A DNA stretch of 39,989 nt from Trichoplax sp. H2 (taxonomy: Eukaryota), in the NCBI GenBank assembly GCA_003344405.1, contig NOWV01000232.1:62001-101989 (forward strand), given 5' to 3'. This document shows, in pieces, positions 24,134 through 39,989 of the stretch. The notes under the pieces are model-generated. The model was not told the DNA's origin. It did no database searches and worked only from the letters and a program-made list of their open reading frames with translations. Position numbers and translations under genes: made by a program. The number at the start of each line of letters is the position of its first letter. Within the stretch, counting starts at the first letter, position 1.

Positions 24134-24665
24134 AGTGTTGAATTACTTCCCCTTTGATATGACTTTTTCCTTATACCTAATTAAACGATTAAAAAAGAGC
24201 AACAAGACTCGAAAAGAGGTAGAGTAGATCCAATCTGGTATCAACGCTAATTTTGCTCGATCTGTTTAATAAAAGTCTGCGCAGTTCGGTGAAAATTACT
24301 TGGTACATTTCTAGTAGAAGAAAAAAGACCCAGAATACACTAGGCATGACTCGGACGGTCGGACGCTTTGGCCTCATATTCGTCAAATACTGTTTGAAAG
24401 ATTTCGTTATAATGTCATTAAGCCAATGTTCGATTCTGTAATAATTCATTTATTTTTCTAAATTAAGTCATATTACATAAAATTCTATTCTATTTACTAA
24501 GTTCTGCTTGAAAGTAGTGATATCACGTCATAACTGTTCTTGAATTAGTAGAAATGATTCGAGAAAAATCGGTGCAGGAGATCCATACTACAGTCAGTGA
24601 TAATTAATCAGTATCTGGTCTAAAAAGTCTGTCCATCCGAAGAGGTTCAAATTTACGGAACAAGA

Positions 24666-24770
24666 CTACTGTACTGTACTGTACGTTCACTAGTGTATAG
24701 TACAGTACATTGCAGCGTAGTGTGCGTATTCATTGACGTATAGTACGTTGGTTCTGTACAGTATGTACGT
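24666..24770. repeat. Degenerate (TACTG/CAGTA)n array
   Basis: ctactgtactgtactgtac...tagtacagtac...ctgtacagtatgtac, just upstream of the truncated copine pseudogene. Confidence 0.65.
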
Positions 24771-24885
24771 GACATGTATAAAGCGTCTGATTTAGTCGAT
24801 ATGATTGGAATATTAACGCTATCACATTATCGAATTATTGAAATATCAAATTATACTATTTATGTATAATTATGAAATTTGATAG

Positions 24886-25984
<1,099 letters not shown>

Positions 25985-27117
25985 AATATAGCGACGCTAT
26001 GAAATTTGCCATAATGTAGCTGTTTTGATTTGAAATATAATTTTATTTACGTGGTTGTACGCGTATATTAGATAATTATGAAGCTTATAATTACTACTTT
26101 AGGGCTATAATTTAATCTTCCGAGGTTTCACCTACTCATATTAATGACAAACTAGGGTATTTTAATACGTTTCCCTAAATACTACCAGTATTAATCTCTT
26201 ATACTAGATATTTCCTATACAATACTCTATTAACTCTTGATTTTGGACTATAATGGTCATTAAGCCATTTATTGAAAGATTAAAACGATTGGAAATTAAC
26301 TTCGAATTCAAGGAAATGGGTTCATCTTTATCTAGTATAAACTTTAGGACTAGTTGCAACTAGACCTGTTAAGCTTATCTTATTATTCTGCTATTTTATC
26401 TCCTTGGTGACATATTTGTACTGTGCCATAGCTGTGCTTTGCGTAGAATCCTTAGATACCATCATTTTACGTTGAACGCTTGAGGGTATATTGATAAACA
26501 AGAATAGCCAAATAAATAATTATAACAGATAGCTAAGATTAGGCAGGAGGTAGTATGAACTGAGTGATTTAAAAAATGGAAATAAAAAATAGGTTATAGC
26601 GATAATAAACAACGACTACTGCAAAAGTTACGTTTGCATTATTATTCTTTGAGATATTGCGATGTCTATGTAAAAACAGGGACTACTGTGAATTAAGATT
26701 TTACTAACCTTATGATCTCATCGTTCACCCAAAATTGCACCTACATGAATTCGCGATAGTGGCAAATGCTAGAAGAATCATTTACATACGTGCTGTATAG
26801 CCAGTCAATGTCCTTTTTTTGATAATACATAAATTACGCATATATTATATTAGTATCCATTCTTATACACTTAGAATTAATTATAAAGCAGTCAGCCGAA
26901 CCTGCAGCTGTAGTACGGGTTTCTCTTGCTATGCAGCACAACTCTTCTTTAAATGCTTACTATGATTAAGTAAATGCATTAAAGCTTTAGGCCCCTTGAC
27001 TTTCAGATCGAAGAGCAGTATATTCCCTCATTGATTTTTTGATTTTTCTTTTTATATTGACATCGACTGAGCAGCTTCAGTCAATTATACGAAAATTATA
27101 TACTAAGTTGGTTGAAT

Positions 27118-27815
27118 CAACTGCTCATACACGAGTATGTTGCAGTTAGCAGCTCAACGTAGACTTTAACTTGGTAAGTAATTGATCAAGAAAATTTTTA
27201 TGCTGCGTATTGTCTAAGTTGTGTCAAATTCTTGTTCTATTCTATGTACTGATATCTAAATTGTGTCATAAAATTGAAAATAATCCTTACCGTAAAACTT
27301 GATAATAATGCACTGAGGAAGAATAAATTAATTATTTAATTGCATATATAACGCCTCAATACAGTATGCATCTTTTTATTTTTTAAATTTTCGATGAGGG
27401 TATAACCTAATTTGTACGGTACTATACAGCTGGCAAATGGGCTAATTTATAACAAGCGAATGAAACCAGTTCGCCTGCCCACTTTCATGATATGCAACTT
27501 ATATACCGGAGACGAATATTAGTGCTATGTTATAAGTATTTATTGGCTTTGATCGGTTTAATTAAAGGTGTAAAAATTCATACTAAATTTCATTAACTCT
27601 TATCGCATACTGTAGCGCATACCATTTAATGTAGTAATGTAGGTTTTGACGTTACTATACTTACATCTGGTCTAGTCTACCCTATAGTATCAACAGGCAC
27701 TACTTCAGAAAGGAATCGACCAATACCTACATTATCACAACAATTGATATGGCGATAATACCTGCGCAGCAAGTCTGTGTTACAAAGGTCGCTCTTCATA
27801 GCTTATGTAAAGGTC
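27118..27815 (+). pseudogene. Possible decayed trypsin-like (S1) serine protease remnant
   Basis: Fragments appear in the expected order with stops and frameshifts: QLLIHEY..LNVDFNL|gtaag (~27118-27173), cag|LANGLIYNKRMKPVRLP...GDEY*CYV (27430-~27540), and QQALL...NTCAAS...SLCK|G (~27690-27815). No catalytic His or GDSGGP motif was found. Confidence 0.3.
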
Positions 27816-28204
27816 TACTCAGATAGATGTGATCTTAGACTCATTTTAGTGAAGTAACTGTATTCGATGAAATGTGTCTATACAGTTAGAATCATTTCAT
27901 TGTTAAAGATCAGTTCTTATACGTATGTTCTCAGTAGCAGTCTGAATGAAGTGACATGATTTCGTTGAGATGCGATGACAATTCGACATTGTGCACCATG
28001 AGAATAGATATTATGAGACATATATATGCTATATGGATAATTATACAGTATTTATTCGCGACCAATTTCTGTATCAACATCTTAATGGCAGTTGATTACT
28101 GTGGTTTGCAAAATATCTTGCCTAAAAATTCAATCAGTATCACAACAAATGATTCATTCTACAGATATTGTACACATAGTAGTCAATTAGCCGTTTAAAA
28201 TATG

Positions 28205-28693
28205 ATTAATTTATGCTATCAATACTAACTGACGAAGTAAAAGTAGATATTAAGAAACAAAACAAGCTATCGCAAATGCTTCGAAATTGCCAAATGTCAG
28301 TAATCATTGTGGGGGTTGGATACACCGATTTTAGTGCTATGAATAATTGGATGGCTATAACGGAGTTTTAGTAAGGTATGGTGATTTAAATTGTACTTGA
28401 AAAATATTAATACTTTAGTTTATTCTATATTAGATATTAAGTCGTCATCTGGAGAAGCTGCTGTGCATGATATTCTTCAATTTATTTAGGTTTGTATAGT
28501 CTGTATTACAATTACCCGTACCAGAGAGATTCTTAGCCTAGAGAATTAGTCGAATAGACTAACTATGATGCAGACATGTGAAATTTTTCATTTATACGCT
28601 CCATATATTTTAGCGCAACATGTGCTCGCTGAAATTCTGAAGTAGTTATCGTAACATTACTTTCAGATAAATTCAGATCCTATACGATGTTGA
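28205..28693 (+). pseudogene. Copine pseudogene 2 (more decayed duplicate of the last three exons of pseudogene 1)
   Basis: Nucleotide similarity to 25479-25984 (atactaactga.., gcttcgaaatt.cca, gattttagtgctatgaat, catctggagaagct.ctgtgc.tgatat, atattttagcgcaacatgtgctcgctgaaatt, acgatgttga), with several frameshifts and stops TAG 28643 and TAA 28652. Confidence 0.8.
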
Positions 28694-29748
28694 AAATTAG
28701 AATACTACGAAATTTACTACAATGCAGCTGTTTCATTTGAAAAATAACTTTACTTATGAGGATATGGTATATGATACGGATTGATAAATAGTTATTATTT
28801 TAGAGCTATAATTTAATCTTCTGAGGTTTCACTTATTCGTATCAATGATGAAATAGGAAAAAAATTTGAATAGAATTTGACATTGGGTTATTCACCATGC
28901 TTTATGTAAAGATTTTCGCTAAGTTACACATGCAAGCAGTGCTAATCTCTGTTGATATTAAATGTTATATTATACCGTACTTTATATAAAGTTCTTGATA
29001 TTCGATATTAATAGGCTAAGCTGTCTATCGGAAGAACAAAATAACTGAAAAGTTCAATTTCTGCTTAAAAATTAAAGAAATTGGACTCGGCATTCTTTAC
29101 TTGGTATAGGGATGGCTACAGGATTAGTTGCATCTGGTATTTTTGTACTTATTTCTTTTTGTCTTCAGCTACCTTATTTTCTTCAGAAGACATACATATA
29201 TACCCGTATGCCTACTACGATTATTATAGTTGTGCATTGCATCGATAGCACCATTTTATGTTGAACATTTGAGAGTAAATGTTGACAAACGTAAATAAAC
29301 TACTGATAGCCTACCAAAAGTGATTTAATTTAAAGTGAAGAAAGAAGTAATATGTAGTTAGCAATCATGGACGTATTTTACTCATTGTTTAATAGGTACA
29401 TACAGAAGCTGGTGACCAGATTGCCATGGCTCTAAATTATCTCGATAGCTTCTCGTATTGAATCTCATATAATAACTGCCAATATAGTGCGAAAGTTAAG
29501 CTTATACTAGCCCACGTTGACACATTCTAATGCAGAGGTAAAATTGTATTTTGTGATCTCTTCGCTCGTTCATCCGTATGATAATGCAAATTTATAGCAG
29601 TGAAAAGTGCTAGATGGATTATGGATAGCTAAGAGGTTGGTTAGCCTCTCCCTTCTTTATAATCTAATACTATAGTAATACTGGTGGTAAACTATAATCA
29701 TTGCAGTTAGTTTGATATTCATCCTTCTAAATGAATCATGAAGTTCTT

Positions 29749-30337
29749 AGTCATGCCTTTTAATCTGTGGTACAGTTACAGAGCATCTATTCTCTATTGC
29801 AGTGCAAGTACAGCTTACTTTCCTGTACATTACTTATGGTAATTATGCGTAGTTCAACGTAATCAATTTTTAGGACTTGTGAGCTTGAAGACAGGAATAT
29901 TATGGAACTTCTTTATTGATTTTTCTGTATCTAGGAAAGCAGTTGCATAGGACAGTAATAATTGCTCGAGGAAAGTATTATAGAGGCATAAAGAGGTGTT
30001 TTTACCCCTATGGGAAATTCTCAATCAGGCTTTCTAATCTACGGTACGGTTACAGAACAATTTTCTCCCATTACATTATTATGTAATTCTTCTTCTTATT
30101 ATTATGTGCTAGTATTGTACAAAATTTATATTCCTTTTCAGTGCATTGCTTATCTCAATTAGTTCAATATAATAAAATTTTAGGACTAGTAAACTTTAAG
30201 ATAGAAATTTCATCACTAATTTTTTCCCTTCTTTCTAGGAAAGTTGCTTAGGATAGCATCAATAGCTCATAGAAATTACAAATTACAAATATAAACATCA
30301 TAGCGGTAAAAAGCCTTTTTTACTGCTAGGAAAAATA
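29749..30337. repeat. Old diverged tandem duplication, 2 x ~275-300 bp, upstream of the copine
   Basis: Colinear blocks: taatctgtggtacagttacaga (29761) vs taatctacggtacggttacaga (30035); tagttcaa..taa..aattttaggact (~29850 vs ~30160); tctaggaaag..gttgc.tagga (~29930 vs ~30234); ttttac..cta (~30000 vs ~30318). Confidence 0.65.
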
Positions 30338-30602
30338 ATCCGTTGTCCAGGTTGCTGTTGTCCAGACGCACTAAGGCTGTTTCCTAGTTTACTGTATATT
30401 GTACACCATACTGTCTATGGATTAGAGTAGATTAGACTGCTTTGTATTTTTATACTGAAGGGTGGAGCAGCATCTACGTGATACATTAAGGAACAAAAAG
30501 AATCAACAACTTCATTCCGTGCATAGTATCTATTAAACGTTGATCAGGAGTTAAATCATTGCCATCGAGATCTTGCTTTCTAGCTATCAGTGTTAAATAA
30601 GC

Positions 30603-35211
<4,609 letters not shown>

Positions 35212-36084
35212 AAGAAAAGTGCATTAACAACATTTACTTTTTATTTTCAGTATAACATAGACAGTAGTTTAATTCTATCAAGATTTTGAATAAATAATAA
35301 TCCTAGCAATGATTCCTTTCTGAGCGAGCAAAGTCTGCATCTTGATTGTCTATGTAATTGTTTATTTCTCATAATACCTAAATACACTTTCAATGCGACT
35401 GACAGGATTATAATTACCGTTCCTATAAAAAATCTTGTTGTATAATATTATGTACTTAGCTGATACTGTTGAAAGTATATAATCTTTGTCTTAAAATTAT
35501 GTCATAGATTGTTGTTAGCTTCGACTTTTCATTACTAATCTTGTGCAAACGTTGGTAAATGGTTGAGAATGCAGAAAGTGGTTATTTGAAAAATAATGTT
35601 GAAGAGTAGCATGATGATTAGTGACGTGACCCACACGTGTGTGGCAACTGTAGGCTATTTTGCTCATTAGCGGTGATTGATAATTGTAACACTTCAATGT
35701 AATTAACATAAGTATTGGTAATTTCTTAATTATACTTTTGCTTCTAAATTAAATTATCATATCAGTTTCAGCTAACATAGTTTTCGCTACAAAATTTAAA
35801 TATTTTTTACATAGCAAATCGAGACTGCAACTACAATAGGTCTAAAATTAAAAAAGTTGGGGAGTTTAACTACTCAAAATTGGTACACGTTTACAACAAA
35901 TGTCAATAGGTAGTCAATTATAGATTTTACGTCCTTTTATTTGGTACAACTAGCAACAAGGAAGTTATCATAATACCATTTTTAATTAGCGGTACATATT
36001 ATTTGCTAGTGAAACTAAAAGAGGTATAATACAAAAACAGGGATGAATAAAGTGGTATTTATGATGCAGGTGTGATACAGTTGT

Positions 36085-37905
<1,821 letters not shown>

Positions 37906-38453
37906 CTTCGATTGCGGTCAAAAGACGTCCGTGTGCAATTCTCCTCGAATGCGATTCGAGCCAAATTCTACAGTACAGTAGTCAGTCTTGCCGTAACACT
38001 CGGTAGTGAATGTACAGTAATACAGTATACCTGGACACTGCCGCCGAGAGCCATTGCTGTACCATACGAACACCCGTGTGCCAGCGCGCTGCATTTTGCG
38101 TTTTTTTATGACAGTAGTGCTACTGATGTCGATGTCGAAAACCCATAGTCAAGCTAATAGAGTGATCGTATTTTTCAACCAGAGCAGACTCCTGGTACCT
38201 GGAAGAACATGGTAAAGAACATCGTAAGAGCATGCGTTTTAGGGTCCATGGTGCTGCCGCACGTTGTACCGTAACATACGGTGTAAAGTACTGTACTATA
38301 GTCATGTGACTCATGTCTACAGTCCGTTGAAGCCTTCTAGAGTCTAGATCTTATTACAGTACAGTATTAAGAAAGAGAAGAAAATGGAGGGAGCTTGATA
38401 TACAGTAGTACTATACATAGTGGCAATTGAGACCTAATTTCAATTTTTTTCAG

Positions 38454-38885
38454 TTGAGATATTGCTATGGTTGGGCCATAATGTACTGTACTGCTACCAT
38501 ATAAAAATGAACAATGCTATCCATTTATTTGATTTTAAAATACTTTTCTGTACTGTACGTACTGTACTGTACAGTACAGTAAAAGAGAATGAAATGCTTC
38601 GTTCGTACAGTACTACAGTCCTGTACTGTACAGTACAGTATACTGTACACTGGAGTGTACAGTACAGTACAGTACGTACAGTACAGTACAGTACAGTACG
38701 TACAGTACAGTACAGTACGTACAGTACAGTACAGTACAGTACTAATACTCTAGCTCCCATACTGTACTCTACAGTACAGTAAAAGAGAATGAAATGCTTC
38801 GTTCGTACAGTACTACAGTCCTGTATACTGTACTGTACGTACAGTACAGTACTAATACTCTAGCTCCCATACTGTACTACTGTAG
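38454..38885. repeat. Composite (CAGTA)n satellite with duplicated unique modules
   Basis: Module A (55 nt, acagtacagtaaaagagaatgaaatgcttcgttcgtacagtactacagtcctgta) is identical at 38571 and 38771. Module B (actaatactctagctcccatactgtact) is identical at 38741 and 38851. The modules are separated by CAGTA arrays of different length. Confidence 0.9.
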
Positions 38886-39651
38886 CACTGCAGACAGGCA
38901 TAAGGAGCGAACGTTCGCGCCCTATATTAAATTGACGATGCGCACTCGTACCGACAAGCAACAGGCAATGACTACTATGATTATATATATAATTATAGAT
39001 TAATTATAATTATGAAAGTGTGGATCATCAACCTAACTCTGACCCATAGAGGACCGCAGCTATACTACACGATAGAATATAAAAACAATTTCATCCGTTG
39101 CAAGAAGCAGCTATGATATTCTTCTTAACAGTAAATACTCGTAAGCATCGTAGCAATGGCCTCCGCGGCTACTCTTGTCCAATCCTAAGTCTAGGACGTA
39201 TGGTTTGATGCATCGACGTCGATTTCTATCGATAAATCTCAAGACTATAGCTATCAGATATTATTCGATTCCTTTGCATTCGATGTACTGTACTGTAGTA
39301 CATTAGACCTGTTTATAGTGCACAGAAATTTATAAAAGTCATAGGCAATTCCATATCATGCCATGTATACTTTTGCACATTCTGATCAAGTCGAATACGC
39401 GTACACGTCGTACAGTACGGTATATTACGCAGGAGATTATTATACTGTACTTATAAAAGCTTAATTAAGCCATGAGAAATGCTAAATTCTCATTCCAAAT
39501 CTGACCTAAACAATTCTGATTCTAACAGAATGGATTCTATATTAACTTTATAGAATGAATGAAAAAGTGAAATTAATACTATACAGATAGAAGAGAATAG
39601 AATTTATATCACCGATTATGCTATCTGTACAGTACTGTACACAGTACACGA

Positions 39652-39710
39652 TATAAAGTTACTGAACCTCAGACAGGTCTACACGGTACGGTATAAAGTT
39701 ACTGAACCTC
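39652..39710. repeat. Short direct repeat, 19 bp x 2 (40-bp period)
   Basis: tataaagttactgaacctc at 39652 and 39692. Confidence 0.8.
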
Positions 39711-39989
39711 TGTTAAATGAGCACATTATCGTAAACCGTCAGTAAAGCGACGGGAGTTTGCACTAGTTATCTTTTAAACGACGACCTTAGAAACTCCTAA
39801 AATTTTAAATTTAATTCAATAAGAGCGACTAACAGTAAGGCATATTGTCGTGGGAAAATTGAAAGATAACTGCTTCTTCACGACTACAAAACGTTACATG
39901 TGGGCACTCATATATGGGCATACATATATGCAGTAGGTTACGGCCAATGTCCGAAGTTGGCCGATACGCGTTTGGCCGGCCAATATTAA

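Noticed and set aside
23892..24449. ORFs 23892-24227(+), 24189-24449(-) and 24253-24441(+)
   Set aside because: They are antisense shadows of MRPS17 exon 1 or promoter-region ORFs with no recognisable homology.
37912..38314. GC-richer ORFs upstream of NUDT21 (possible divergent gene)
   Set aside because: No recognisable protein or consistent exon chain; more likely promoter/5'-UTR sequence, though a divergent transcript cannot be excluded.
38462..39003. ORFs of 106, 88 and 69 aa with YSTV/YCTV repeats, and a CRISPR-like repeat-spacer appearance
   Set aside because: These are translations of the (CAGTA)n microsatellite. There are only two copies per module, the spacers are themselves repeat, there are no cas genes and the context is eukaryotic.

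Overview
AT-rich, gene-dense eukaryotic (animal) genomic DNA with many short GT-AG introns. The composition, intron size and pervasive TACAGTA/TACTGTA motifs suggest a placozoan such as Trichoplax, but that is an inference. Manual splicing gives seven intact multi-exon genes: two tandem VAT-1 family (MDR/quinone-oxidoreductase-like) paralogs (-), FAM92/CIBAR BAR-domain ciliary protein (-), HEATR3 (+, head-to-head with FAM92), mitochondrial ribosomal protein S17 (-), a copine (+) and NUDT21/CFIm25 (-). Between MRPS17 and the copine lie two decayed, 5'-truncated copine pseudogene copies and a possible trypsin-like protease remnant. Repeats include (CAGTA)n arrays, several short tandem duplications and a small MITE-like hairpin. 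No prokaryotic-type system, CRISPR array, tRNA or rRNA was found, and nothing here amounts to a demonstrably new biological system. The best leads are a 6-nt microexon in FAM92, a possible ancestral VAT1/VAT1L tandem pair, an atypical Nudix-box start in CFIm25, and telomere-type repeats in a bidirectional promoter. All family assignments and human-sequence comparisons are from memory, not database searches.
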